Source of the DNA: Anthoceros angustus
Taxonomy: Eukaryota; Plantae; Anthocerotophyta
Reading direction: 5' to 3'
Assembly: GCA_010909165.1 (NCBI GenBank)
Contig: VJWM01000305.1
Location: 1 to 64,000, forward strand
Length of the DNA: 64,000 nt
In this document: piece by piece, positions 36,273 to 49,100 of the stretch
Numbering within the stretch: the first letter of the stretch is position 1
Layout of the letters: the number at the start of each line of letters is the position of its first letter
Translations under genes and position numbers: made by a program
Notes under the pieces: model-generated
What the model was told of the DNA's origin: nothing
Database searches by the model: none
What the model saw: only the letters and a program-made list of their open reading frames with translations

Positions 36273-37034
36273 CTCCCTCTAAAGGTAAGCTAGGTTAGGT
36301 TAAACGCTCACACCGCTCGAATACGTTACGCCGACTTCACGCTGTACCAAAGACGCCGAGCCTAGCGTAAACTCCGCCGCCATAAGAATCCTCGGACCAT
36401 CCTCTTCACCATTTCACTCAAGTTCGTTTGCGTCTTCATCCTCGAGCACGCCCACGCAGTAAATCAAAAACATGAGGACTCGAAGGGAACGAGCTACGAG
36501 TGCTCAAGTGTATCGAGAGAAGGAAAGAGGAAGGATAATCCATGAGAAGGATTCACCGGCTCGTCACCACTGGGGACACCATGTCCCACATGGTACTGGT
36601 ACAATGCTTCACGCCTAAAACATGGTCCTTTGTCGGGTCGGGAGGCGAGAATGGACGGAGAGCAACAACGGGATGCGCTACTCCATACATGCGGCCCCAA
36701 TATTACGCCAAGCTAAAGCGACCATGGAAAGAATAACAGTGGAGCTTATCAAGTGAAGCAGGACACCACCGGGTGATCAAGGCGGGATGTGAAGCCCGCT
36801 ATATGAGAGAAGTATCGCGTTGCCAGGAGATTAGGTCTTAAGGTAAGCTTCATCCTCCACGCAAGGCTGTCCATCTCCCTTGTTTTCATTTCACTAACAG
36901 GAAAATGTGTGAAGTGTCAGCAGCTCCTGTGTTCCTCCAAGGAAGACTGAGAACACAACACAATTCCCAAGGGAAACTCCGGTTTCCCACCCCACCCCAC
37001 AACAGATAAGTTATCCGAAATACTTGGTATAGTC

Positions 37035-37460
37035 ACCAGGCCTAGCCACGAAGATCTTTGGTAGTGTTTATGCTTTGCCAATCCTTCGCTAGCACGTCGC
37101 GACGTTAGAATCTGTGCACATAACCCACCTTCACGACTCCACGCTCCACTACATCTCTAATGTAGTGATGTTGAATTTCTATATGCTTAGTGCGGGCGTG
37201 AAAGCGTGGATTAGCGACAAGGGCTAAGGCGACATGTTATCACACATGATGGGGTAGGTGTCTGCTGAGTGCAGTCTAAGTCATGAAGGAAGGTCCTTTC
37301 CCATTCAGCCTCCTTTGAAGCATCATCAATGATTTGTACGCATACATGGAAGACAGGCTATGGAAGATTGCTTTTACGACCAATTCACGCGGAAGATAAC
37401 AGAAGCAATATGTGGAGAGCTTTTCTCGAATCACCGCCCGCCCGTGATGAACCCCTAAGG
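37035..37460 (-). pseudogene. pol: Copia A RNase H
   Basis: Manual translation ASKEAEW...PTPIMCDNMS...NPRFHARTKHIEIQHHYIRD...NVADVLAKGL. Confidence 0.85.
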
Positions 37461-37698
37461 GTGAGTTTTTGTCGTCCTTCGATAGAAGAGTCCATAATTG
37501 TGGGTTCCTTTGAGATAGCGGAAAATCCGCCGAGCCAATGTGTTCTTCTGGATTCTCGAAATTGTGATACCGTGCTTACAGATCTGGATATCGGCCTTGT
37601 CGATTCGCTAAGAAGATTAGGTCGCCAATGCATGTCGAGGGACATCCTTCATGTCCTTAAGTTCTTCACAGGATTGAGGGCCTCAAGAGGTGTAAGTT

Positions 37699-38472
37699 TC
37701 ACGCCCATAGCGAAAGGGTAGTTGAGGGTCTAGCCGTCAAGTTTGAACTTGCGCAGAATATCATTGATGTACTTATCTTTGGTGAACTATCGAGCCCTTC
37801 CTCTCGTACCCTTAAGATTTGAACTCCCAAACAGTATTTAAGTTCTCCGATGTCTTTCATCTCGAACTTTGTACTTAGCTTATGTTTAACATCAGCTAAC
37901 AGAGTGTTACTGTTTGTGGCAAGAATGACATCGTCAACATATAGGGCTAATATGACGAAGCCGCTTCCTTGACTGAGTCGGTAAACATTAGAGTCTGCTG
38001 TGCTTTGGACTAAGGATATACTGAGCAGGTAAACATGCATAGTGATATACCAAATTCGGCCACTTTGTTTTAGTCCATATATACACTTGAGCAATTTGAG
38101 CACTTTGGTGGGATGTTCAGGATCTTCATATCCTTCAGGCTGTGCCATATACAGGTCTTCATCAAGGTCACCATAGAGGAAGGCCGTGCACACATCCATT
38201 TGCTGTAAGTCAAGGTTCAACTCTGCTGCCAGAGCCAGCAGTATGCGAATGGATTGTGCTCGAACAACTGGTGAGAATGTTTCCTGGTAATCTAGGCCCT
38301 CAACCTGGGTAAATCCTCTTGCCACCAGTCTGGCTTTGTATCTGGCAATCTCCCCTTTGGCGTTGAGTTTAAGTTTAAAAACCCACTTACAAGAGATGGC
38401 TTTGCGTCCAGGTGGGAGGTCAGCGATTTGCCAGGTCTTGTTCTTGAGCAGAGATTGGTATTCATCCTCCAC
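37699..38472 (-). CDS. pol: Copia A reverse transcriptase
   Basis: EYQSLLKNKTW...CKWVFKLK...RYKARLVARGFTQVEGLDYQETFSPV...QMDVCTAFLYG...YGLKQSGRIWY...LYVDDVIL. Confidence 0.97.
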   Translation of the reverse strand: MEDEYQSLLKNKTWQIADLPPGRKAISCKWVFKLKLNAKGEIARYKARLVARGFTQVEGLDYQETFSPVVRAQSIRILLALAAELNLDLQQMDVCTAFLYGDLDEDLYMAQPEGYEDPEHPTKVLKLLKCIYGLKQSGRIWYITMHVYLLSISLVQSTADSNVYRLSQGSGFVILALYVDDVILATNSNTLLADVKHKLSTKFEMKDIGELKYCLGVQILRVREEGLDSSPKISTSMIFCASSNLTARPSTTLSLWA

Positions 38473-38839
38473 TGCTGCCTGCCACTTGGAGCAATCTGGG
38501 CCACGGAGGGCTTCCTTGTATGATAGGGGTTCCTCGGCAGGGAGGATATTCTGTATAGCACCAAAAACTGCCGAAGATGTTCGAAAATCGACGGATTGAT
38601 AATAGGGTTCTAACCATCGTCCGAGGTGCCTATGGCGTGTGGAGCGTCGTGGGGTGGTTCAGAGGAATCAAGTTCGAATCTGAACGGGTGACATCCTCCT
38701 CATCAGGTCGGTGGGATATCCTCCTCATCACCGAATTTGAACTATCATTTGCGTGAGATCATCTGCTGGTTCACCGGGTCTCTGTAGGGTGAGGGGCAAC
38801 AATGGGGAGCCTCAGAGTCATCTACATGCGGATGGAAGG

Positions 38840-39730
38840 TTAGAGGTTCTTCGCCATCCGTAGGGAAGGTGACAGTATCAAGCTTTCATTTGCATCTACT
38901 CCCTCTAAAGGGTTAGAGGGTGTGGGGTTGGTAGTCAGTGTGTGCAAAGGTTCTACGAAGGTGACACTGCGGGCAAGGACTAATGATTGAGTGTCAGGGT
39001 CATAGAGTTTGTACGCTTTCACATGTTCACTGTACCCCACAAAAAGTAGACGTTGAGCTCGGTCCTCTAACTTCTTGCGTTTTTCTGCAGGAATATAGGC
39101 GAAGGCCTTGGATCCAAATACTCGGAGGTGGAGCAAACTAGGCTTTCGATGCCAGAAAACCTCATAAGGAGTTTGTCCGGATGTAGTAAGTATCCTCATA
39201 TATACGTGGCGTAACCACTCCGCCCAATACTCTTGAGGTAAGTTGGCATGCGTAGCATACTCTGGTCATTCCAAGTAGCGTCGATTTTTCGTTCAGCAAC
39301 TGCTCGTTGTCGAGTGTATGGAACAATAAGTTGTCTTTGAATGCCTGTTCTTGAAGGTAATCATCAAAGGCATTGTTGACAAATTCTGTCCCATTATCAC
39401 TGCGTAGGACTTTAAGTAGGCATCCAGATTGTCTTTGTGCAAGTGGGAGCCACTGCTTAAAGTGCATGAGAGTGTCGCTTTTCAGGTGCATGGGAAAGGT
39501 CCAGAGTACCGACTAAAGTCGTCTGTGAGAGTTAGATAGTACTGTGCTCCACCTAGAGATGGCTCGTGGATCTTTCCAGAGATATCAGCATGCACAAGTG
39601 CAAGGCGATCTTGCTCTATGTGCGCTTTTGGGGAATGGTAGCTCTTCCGCTTGGCAAGGATGCACGACTCACGATGGGAAGATCCTAAAACAAGCGGTAG
39701 GGGTTCTCTGTGGCAACCTATGCGTGACAT
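38840..39730 (-). pseudogene. pol: Copia A integrase
   Basis: LVHADISG...SLGGAQYYLTLTDDFSRYS; KVLRSDNGTEFVN; TPYEVFWHRKPSLLHLRVFGSKAFAYIP...KLEDRA...FVGYSEHVKAYKLYDP. Confidence 0.92.
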
Positions 39731-39772
39731 GTCAATAAGTTTATGCCTGTTAGCGTGTCCTAGCCGTATGCG

Positions 39773-41060
39773 CTACAGAGATGCTAAGCGAATATTGACG
39801 AAAGCGAAGAATGACTTACGGGATGAGGAGAACACTAACTCAGTACAAGTCATGGTCGAGGATACCTCTAAATGCACATGCGCCAAAGAATTCTTCGTAG
39901 CAGCAGCATCATCAGCGACACGTATCTCATACGTTCGAAGCTGCATGATTTTGCTCATTGACAGAAGATTCTTGGCCATTTCAGGTACAAATAGAACTCC
40001 ATCGATCTTCAAAGTTGTGTTGTCGTCGAGAATGAAGGTACATTGCCCATGTCCTTCAACTTTAAGGCTAGTGTCACTCCTTTCATCACCAAGCAGGACT
40101 TTATCCTTCATTCTGCAAATTGTTAAACTAGAAAATAAATTCTTGTTGTTGCAGATATGAGCAGTGGCTCCTGAGTCCAAGAACCAATCATCACTGGCGT
40201 GTGATGAAGTTGTCATACAGACAGTGAGGATCTTCACTGTAGCCTTAGAGTTTTCTCCTTTCTCTTTGACAACAACATGTGCTGACGGTCTTGTGGATTG
40301 TGGTCGTTGTGGCTCACCGCCTTTCTTCTTGCGGCACTCACGTGCCCAATGTCCATGACACCACACGATGCTCGTCCGGCACTGAGAAAGATGGGGCACC
40401 ATCGACCCGACCACCAGTGTCCTACCTTCGATTTCTTAAACCGAGTGAAGCACCTTGTCGGTTTGTTTCTAGATCCACGGCTAATAAGCGTCCTTGCTCT
40501 TCCGAAAAGGGCACCAATAACTTCTTCAAGCTTAATGGTGAGGGTTAGGGGAGGATGCCGGTGAGCAATGGATGGGTCCATTTGTGTGGAGATAAAATTT
40601 TGGTAGGAGGAGGCTGCTCAATAGTTGAGCAACGCCTCTACCTCGTCCATCTTGCAGCCAAGGGCAACTATTTGAGCTCTCTATGGCGGAACTTGGTGAC
40701 ATGAGATGCCACTTTGTCTCCCTCCCTCATACGCAGCCCATAGAATTCTGGCACATAGGGTAAGAATATTACCCGATGTGGCTGCAAGTTGATTCCAAAT
40801 CTCCGAAGCGGTGAGATACTGACATCGCACGAGGTCGATCCGTGCCTCCAATAAGTAGAGCAAGTGCTATTGAATTCGATTGGTCCCACTTTTGGATGTC
40901 ATTAAGCGAAGGAGGCGAGGAGTCGTGGTCGTTTCTTAAGTGTAGCATCGACTACGCTCCGGACACCTCAGCAACTGAGTGGACTTCATTCGAACTTTCC
41001 GGACTTGGTATCTTGTTCCATTGAACGATCCTTTCTTTGAGTTCGAGGTAAAGGATGGTC
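39773..41060 (-). pseudogene. gag: Copia A gag (zinc knuckle) and protease
   Basis: CHGHWARECRK knuckle; DDWFLDSGATAHIC protease motif; LKIDGVLFVPEMAKNLLS; gag fragments TASEIWNQL and LRMREGDKVASHVTKFR. Confidence 0.85.
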
Positions 41061-42054
41061 CTGCAAGATTATGAGGCATCCGAGCGAAGCCATAGGCGAG
41101 GTGGTATCGCCGGATCAGAAGTTGAGACGACCAAGTTGTTGTGTCGATTGATCTATAGACGCTACATGCGTAATGTGACCTTCCTTAAGTTATGACTCGT
41201 GGAAGAGAAAACATTAATTACAATGTTACCGTGCTGATTGACTTTCCTTGCAGGACTTCTAACTAAACCGTCGCGTATCCAGATTGTGTGAAGAGGCGCG
41301 ACCGGTGGGTTCTGGATCCTGAGGTCCTGAGATGCGAAAGGGGATCGACGCTACAACTTGATGACTGCTCGAGTGACATGGAGGATGCCAGGCGACGCTT
41401 CATCAAGATTGGTGACGCTCCCAGCCTGTCGGCGCCTCCCGCCGCCGCTGGAAATGGTCAAGATGCAATCACCGGGAGAGATTGCTTGATTTCTCCTCCT
41501 TGGCGCCCAAGCTCAATCTTTTTCATGAGATCAACCACTTCATTGATCGGTATTTGATTGAGCTTGCCGCCGTGATTGCTCGTCCCCGAGTTATCAAGGT
41601 GATCGACGTCTTTATTTCTTCCTGATTCGACAGCACTTCAGATAAGGATCTCTCGACCCTAGTGACGCTTGCTAATAGTATGGCTACGGCGTCTTGATTT
41701 CCCTTGTCACTGGGTGCAGGACAATTGCATGGTAGTTCTGGACGGGAGGCGCCGTGAGGGTTTGTTGATCGGTGATAGAACAAATCAGGGTTCTGACCCC
41801 TCTTGGCGCATCTTTCTCTGTACAGATTGTCAACCATGTGATTCTGTAAAGTATGGACGTGATCTGGTCCCGAAAGCAAAGAAAAGTCCTTGACCCGGAT
41901 GTAGGGTAATTCTGTTCATAGAGGTCTAGAATAGTTTCTAGGCGCATCGGTGGAGGAGAAATTCCTCCACACAGTGCGGCCGCCTTCTATACCACCACCT
42001 CGCGGGCTTCCGCGACTCGGCATCATTCGGGAGATAGAATGGGGTTCGATACCA

Positions 42055-42203
42055 TGTTTATTTTGAGGAGCTAAAAAACAGACTTTGTAAAGAGATTAAA
42101 CAAAAATGTGTGTTTTACAAATACATATGGCCTCACTATATATGCAACTCAATAACGGTTCATATGATCAACCCTAACTAGCCGCACCCTTTCATATTTA
42201 ACA
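42055..42203 (-). repeat. Copia A 5' LTR
   Basis: Adjacent to the PBS-like motif; followed by TSD TTTGC. Confidence 0.95.
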
Positions 42204-44647
42204 TTTGCGAAGATTGTGCTAGGGTTGGTAAATTACCAAAGGACTTCTTATTTCAGCACCAACTTCCTGCAATTTTTGTGGAAGATTTCGAGAGGAGCCA
42301 AGCCAGATTGGGGCACCATCATGTATGAGGCCTACATCCACCACCGGGAGAAGCTCCTCAAGCCAAATTCGGTGGATGAGGAAGGGCCAAGGCCCTGCTA
42401 CCTTAGCACCTATTTGGTGCATTTGTGGGAAACGGAGGGACTTCTCACAAGCAAGGAGTTGGAAGATGCTTGGCATCCTTCGGAGATAATTCATCTCCAG
42501 CCAAGCTTGGAAAGGCCCTTGCCTTTTGCATTGAGGAAGACAGTGGGAGGTCAGACCTCCACAAGCATGCTAGGAGCAAGGGCGGAGGATGTAGAGGCAA
42601 CAAGGTTGCCGAGTCTTTTCCCCACGAGGCAAGGGAGGAGAGGAACAGGAACCGCCGAGGAAGGCCGAATGGTAGTCTATGAGAGGAGGACTACCACAGA
42701 GGGGTGATACCCCAAGGTGGGAGTCCCACCATCTCATTTGTGCCTAGCAGAGAGGCACCCACCTACCCTAGAGGCACACCCAAGAGGGTGGGCATCCGTG
42801 TAGGCGCCACCTACCACAGGGGGAGCACCTCACCGCTGTAGGCAAGCACCCTACCGGGTAGGGTGCAGCCCACAGGGTAGGGAAGGGAAAGAGGCACACA
42901 GCAGGCGCCACTACCCACGCTTGGAGGAAGGCGGTGGGAGGTCGGACCTCCACAAGCATGCTAGGAGCAAGGGAGCTGGAGATTTAAGAGGCCAACAGGA
43001 ATTGGGCCCTGAGAGGCCGAGTGCTTGTGAGCACTCGGCCGTGTGGATTTGAAGGGGCTAGGGAACTAGCAGCCTCCTTGTGGGCATGTCAGTCAAAGCC
43101 GGGAGATGACGAGAAAGCAGGGACTAAATGGCAATTGGAAGCTATGGAGTCCGACGAAGGCACCAAGCCGGAGAAGGTCGGGAGAAGCTCCAGGGATCTC
43201 GTGGACCATGGAGAGAGAAGGTCCTAGAGGGAGGTTGTCGCGGGAAGAAGCCATTCGGGCAACAACCCAGCAGGATTCGTGGAGGCATATGGAGGAGCAT
43301 TTTGCCCAGAGCAGAGAAAGGGCAAAACGGAGGCTCTAGGAAGGGAAGGTGGCGGTCCAACAAATGGACGAGAGTGATACTACCAAGCCATCAAAATCCG
43401 GACATGGAAGGAAGAATTGAGAAGAACCTACAAGGAGGAAAAGCGAGTTGGAGGCTCAAGACCCAGAATGCAAGAGTTGGAGGCGAAAAGGGTGCTTGGC
43501 AAGGGAGGAGAGGAGACTTGAGCAAAGGAAATTTGGAGCAAGGAGGTTCCAAGAAGAGGAGTACCACAAGAAAGTGGTACACAGGATGCTGGTGGTGAGG
43601 AAGAGGAGATTTTGGGCAGATTACGCCCTTCAGGCAAAGATGGCCAACCAGCTGAAAGAAGCAAGGGAGGAGAATGTGACCCTCCATGTCAAGGTGGGAG
43701 AATTAACCACCGCAAGGGATGCCTACAAGGGTAGGTGTGAGGATGGAGAGTGGCCCACAGAGATTGATGATCTCCAAATGCAGTATCATAGCTTGGGGGC
43801 TCATCTCCACAACAGGATTTTAAAGGCCAACAATGAAGTCTTGCATTTGGCCAAGAGAAGGACATTAGGTCCTCATGATGATGACAGAAGGATGCAGAGT
43901 GCAGCTGGAGGCCTCCGACTTTGATGAGGCCAAGACATGGACTAGGAACTTAAAAGTTTGGGCAACCAGCCCAAAAGAGCTCAAGACGAACAAGTTTGAT
44001 TTTTTTTGGCTAAGAACGATTGAAGAGGAGCATGCCAAGAAATTTTGAGAATCTTGAAGTCGGAGTTGTAGGATATTGTTAGGAAGGCGAAGAGGATATC
44101 CCAGAGGAAGAGGAAGAAGCGGGTCAAAATGACTTGAGCGAGTGAGGGCGCCCAAAGGGCGGTTGCATCACCGCCCGTAGGGTCGCCACACCACGCCGGT
44201 AGGTCGAGAAGGGCATCACCGGGTAGGTCAAGGCCTCGCTAAAGGAAATTTAGAATAGAGGGGATATCCACTATATATGCTCACCAATAGGGAATAAATA
44301 TATAGAGTAATTAGAAGCGATTAATTAGGATAGCGAGATAGGAAAATAGGTAGAATTAGGATTTTGGAATGATGAATCCAATCTAGGGTTGTGCAGTGGC
44401 GTATATCCAAAGGAGGCAAAGTGCGCTGACCGCTTCCTCCACAAAATGCTAGAAGCAAGAGGAGAAGGCCGATGGTGGTCTATGAGAGAAGGAAGGAAGG
44501 AAGGCCATCGCCATCCGCCATCGCCGAGCAAGCCGGGAGGAAGGAGCCGCGGCGCCCATCGAGAAAGACCGCGAGAAGAGGAGACCGTGGAAGGAAGAGG
44601 AAGAGGAAGAGCAAGCAAGGGAAGGAGCTCACCACGCGCCCAACCAC

Positions 44648-44696
44648 GGAAGAGGAAGAGGAAGAGGAAGAGGAAGAGGAAGAGGAAGAGGAAGAG
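44648..44696 (+). repeat. (GGAAGA)n hexamer microsatellite, 8 units
   Basis: Direct reading. Confidence 0.95.
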
Positions 44697-44877
44697 CGAG
44701 AATTGGTGGCGCGCCGCCCGGAAGAGGAAGGACCACGGAGAGAGGTTGCACTGAAAAATTCAAGGCTAACGTGGCCGCAGAAGTGTGTGAACAAGGAAGA
44801 GGTGTGAGGTGAAATTTTGAAGCTCTCAAATTGGAGAGTAATTTCCTTCCTTGTAGCGTTTGGGAAGGAACGCCACC

Positions 44878-47800
44878 ATGCCTCGAGCTGGGAAAGGCAA
44901 GGGAAGGAGCCACTGCAAGGCTCCTCGCGAGGAGGAAAGAAGGAGAAATACGCCACTGTGAGGGTGAGGTCGAGATGCCTCAATTCACTTGCTTTGCCGG
45001 GCACCAACCCCGAGATTTGGTTGATTTTCTGCAAGGCGGAGGAGGAGAACATCCAATTGGGGTGGGTGTATGGCCGCCAATGGGCCTACACCAATTTGGA
45101 ATTGATTGAGGAGTGTTACATCAACCTCCATCAGCCCGCCGCACTACGAAGGAATGCTAGAACGATCCGCTGTCGGACTTCAAGTATTCGTGTATGGAAG
45201 ACCGAGGAGGAGAGCTCGAATTGCTCTCCTCGAAAGGTCGAATGGAGGAAGAGGACAGCCCTCTCGACATCCCGCAGAGTTCCTTGACATGATGGATGGA
45301 GGAGGAAGGCCCACGCCAAGAATGGGTGGAAGACCGAGAGCATCAAGGAGTCAAGTGGAGGCTCTTCGCAAAGATTGTGCTGGGGTTGGTAAATTACCAA
45401 CGCACTTCTTATTTCAAAGACCAACTTCCTCCAATTTTGTGGAAGATTTCCATGGGAGCCAAGGATTGGGGACTATCATGTATGAGCGTACATCCACCAT
45501 CGAGAGAAGCTCCTCAAGCCAAATTGTGGATGAGGAAGGGCCAAGGCTCGCTACCTTAGCACCTATTTGGTGCATTTATGGGAAACCGAGGGACTCCTCA
45601 CAAGCAAGGAGCTTGAAGATGCATGGCATCCCTTTGAGGTCATCCATCTCCGAGGTTGGAAAGGCCTTTGCCTTTGCATTGCGAAGACGGTGGGAGGTCG
45701 ACTCCACAAGCATGCTAGAAGCAAGAGGAGAAGGTTGAGGCAACAAAGTTGCGAGTGGGAATCCCACAGAGCAAGCAAGGGAAGAAGGCAAGAAGCGGCC
45801 GAGAAGGCCGAATGGTGGTCTATGAGAGAAGGACCATGTGAGGGTGATGACAGAGTGGGGAGTCCCCACCATCTCCTTTGTGCCTACGAGAGGCACTGCA
45901 CTACCCCGTAGGGAGGCGCCACCTGGGGGCCTATCAGGTAGGCGCCACCACCATGGTAGGCTTGGTCATGGTAGGCTTGGTCATGGTAGGAGTTTCTCCT
46001 ACCATGGTAGGTAGGCACCCCACCGCCAGCAAAGCCACCAAGGGTGGAAGGGAAGGAGCCACCAAAGGCTCTTCCTCGAGGAGGAAAGGAAAAGAAGGTG
46101 GAGCTGCCAGGAGGGGTGAGGTCGAGATGCCTCAATTCACTTGCTTTCTTGCGCTCAACCCCGAGATTTGGTTGATTTCGGTGGGCGAGGAGGAGAACAT
46201 CCAATTGGGGTGGGTGTATGGCCAATGGGCCTACACCAATTTGGAATTGATTGAGGAGTGTTACATCAACCTCCATCAATCGGAAGCGCCTGCCGCTAGG
46301 AGGAATGCTAGATGATCCGGGCCGTAAGTATTCAGTGTATGGAAGACCGGAGGAGGAGAGCTCGGAATTGCTCTCCTCGAAAGGTCGAATGGAGGAAGAG
46401 GACATCCCTCTCGACATCCCGCAGAGTTCCTTGACATGATGGATGGAGGAGTGAAAGACGCCAAGAATGGGTGGAAGACCGAGAGCATCAAGGAGTCAAG
46501 TGGAGGCTCTTCGCAAAGATTGTGCTGGGGTTGGTAAATTACCACTTCTTATTTCAGACCAACTTCCTCCAATTTTGTGGAAGATTTCCATGGGAGCCAA
46601 GCCGGATTGGGGACTATCATGTATGAGCGTACATCCACCATCGAGAGAAGCTCCTCAAGCCAAATTCGTGGATGAGGAAGGGCCAAGGCCATCTTAGCAC
46701 CTATTTGGTGCATTTATGGGAAACCGAGGGACTCCACAAGCAAGGAGCTTGAAGATGCATGGCATCCCTTTGAGGTCATCCATCTCCAGGTTGGAAAGGC
46801 CTTTGCCTTTGCATTGCGAAAAGGCGGTGGGAGGTCGACCTCCACAAAATGCTAGAAGCAAGAGGAGAAGGTTGAGGCAACAAGTTGCGGAGTGGGAATC
46901 CTTTTCCCCACAAGCAAGGGAAGAAGGCAAGGCGGAGAAGGCCGATGGTGGTCTATGAGAGAAGGACCACGGGGTGTGAGTGGGGAGTCCCCACCATCTC
47001 CTTTGTGCCTCAGAGAGGCACCCCGACACTACCCGGTGAGGGCGGTCTACCCAAGGGGTGGGCCCTACCGTGGTAGGCGTCGACCTACCATGGTAGGAGT
47101 TTCTCCTACCATGGTAGGAGTTTCTCCTACGGTGGCGGGCACCCCACGCCAGCAAGCAGCCCTGTGGCGGGGAAGGGAAGAAGAGCGGGTGCGCTGCGCC
47201 ACTCCATCTCCGCGCTGGTGGGAGGCGGATGGAGCGACGGTGAAGGGACCACCGGCTGGCCCGAGAGGTGCGGAGAGCTGGAAATTTCCAAGAAGAAGAA
47301 AGAGGGGTGGAATTAGGACCCCTAGGAGAATTGCTGGTGCTTGTGAAGCACTCACCGTGTGGATTTGAAGGGGCTAGGGAAGCAGCCTCCTTGTGGGCAT
47401 GCCAAGAGGAAGTGAAATCTCAAGACATGGCCGGAAGGAAAGGTGGACCAAATGGCAATTGGAGGCCATGGAGTCCGATGAAAAGGCAGCCAAATTGGAA
47501 AAGGTGGAGAAGCTCCAGCGACCTCATAGAACAACGCGAGAAAGCCCCGGAGGAAGTTGTCACAAGTCAAGAAAGAGCCATTCGCAACAACCCAAAAGGA
47601 TTCTTGGAGGCAAAAGGCGGAAGAGCATTTTGCCCAATTAGCAAGAGGAAGGGCAAGAGGCACTAGGAAGGAGAAGGTTGAGGCAACAAGTTGCGGAGTG
47701 GGAATCTTTCCCCAGCAAGCAAGGGAAGAAGGCAAGGCGGAGAAGGCCGATGGTGGTCTATGAGAGAAGGACCACGGGGTGTGAGTGGGGAGTCCCCACC

Positions 47801-49100
47801 ATCTCCTTTGTGCCTCAGAGAGGCACCCCGACACTACCCGGTGAGGCGGTCTACCCAAGGGTGGGCCCTACCGTGGTAGGCGTCGACCTACCATGGTAGG
47901 ACATCCTCCTACCATGGTAGGAGTTTCTCCTACGGTGGCGGGCACCCACGCCAGCAAGCAGCCCTGTGGCGGGGAAGGGAAGAAGAGCGGGTGCGCTGCG
48001 CCACTCCATCTCCGCGCTGGTGGGAGGCGGATGGAGCGACGGTGAAGGGACCACCGGCTGGCCCGAGAGGTGCGGAGAGCTGGAAATTTCCAGCAAAAGA
48101 AGGAGGGGTGGAATTAGGACCCCTAGGAGAATTCTGGGTGCTTGTGAAGCACTCTGGTGGATTTGAAGGCTAGGGGCGCCTCCTTGTGGGCATGCCAAGA
48201 GGAAGTGAAATCTCAAGACATGGCCGGAAAGGCAGGACTAAGTGGCAATTGGAGGCCATGGAGTCCGATGAAAAGGCAGCCAAAAAGGCGTGAGAAGCTC
48301 CAGCGACCTCATAGAACAGCGCCGGAGAAGCCCGGAGGAAGTTGTCTCAAGAAAGAGCCATTCGCAACCAACCCAAAAGTTCTTGGAGGCAAAAGGCGGA
48401 AGAGCATTTTGCCCAAGAGAAAAGAGAGGAAAGCAAGGCGAGGCACTAGGAAGGAGAAGCAGCAACTCGGCAAGTGGCCGCACATGAGCAGTGATGGCTA
48501 CTCAAGCTATCAAAATCCGGATATGGGAGAGGAGTTGAGAAGGACCGGTACAATTTGGAAGAGGAGCGGAGCGAGAAGCACAAGACGTGAGCGGAGCAAA
48601 AGATGCTTGGCAAGCGGAGAAAGAGGGGCTTGCCCAATTAGGACTGGAACAAAGGAGGTCTCGAGGAGGAGCCACAAGAAGGTGGTGCAGAATCTTGGTA
48701 GTGAGGAAGCGATTTTTGGCATTATGCCCTTCGTGCAAAAATTGGCCAGCCAAAGGAAGTGAGGGAGGAGAATGTAACCCTCCATGTGAAGGTGGGAGAA
48801 TTAACCACCGCAAGAGATGCCTACAAGGTAGGTGTGAGGATGGAGAGTGGCCCACTGAGATTGATGATCTCCAAATGCAATACAACTTGGGGCTCACCTC
48901 CACAACAGATCTTGAAGGCCAACAAGTCTTACGGTTGGCCAAGAGGAGGACATTGGGTCCTCATGATGATGAGAAGGAGCGCAACAAGTGCGGCCGAGGC
49001 CTCCGATTTTGATGAGGCCATCACGAAATGGACTCAGGAATCGAGGAGTCGAGGTGAAGGAGCCACCGCCGTGGAGGGAGACGGCGAGAGCAAGGAGGGG
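44878..49100 (+). pseudogene. Extra gene of gypsy family 2
   Basis: GEVEMPQFTCF...NPEIWLIFCKAEEENIQLGWVYG.WAYTNLELIEECYINLHQ; KWRLFAKIVLGLVNYQRTSYF; LWETEGLLTSKELEDAWHP; C-terminal REENVTLHVKVGELTTARDAYK...LGPHDD. Confidence 0.7.
47064..47135. repeat. Palindrome array in family 2 extra gene (also ~45951-46010, 47866-47940, 49134-49165)
   Basis: Perfect CCTACCATGGTAGG at 47084-47097, 47105-47118 and 49134-49147. Confidence 0.85.

Larger units (their letters stand above)
36124..42203 (-). mobile_element. Complete Ty1/copia element (copia A) with 149-bp LTRs and 5-bp TSD
   Basis: LTRs 36124-36272 and 42055-42203 (TG...CA, differing mainly by indels). TSD TTTGC at 36119-36123 and 42204-42208. 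PPT ctccctct at 36273. PBS-like TGGTATCGAACC at 42043-42054. Order gag-PR-INT-RT-RH. Confidence 0.95.
35964..43950 (+). pseudogene. Plus-strand gypsy extra-gene homolog (35964-36123 joined to 42204-43950), split by copia A
   Basis: The flanks rejoin as KWRLFAKIVLGLVNYQRTSYFSTNFLQFLWKISRGAKPDWGTIMYEAYIHHREKLLKP...CYLSTYLVHLWETEGLLTSKELEDAWHP (ORF 42216-42707), followed by coiled-coil ORF 43448-43924. Confidence 0.75.

Noticed and set aside
44480-45052. Poly-Ser / poly-Glu / Arg-Lys ORFs as host genes
   Set aside because: They are produced by the GGAAGA microsatellite and purine skew inside a retroelement.
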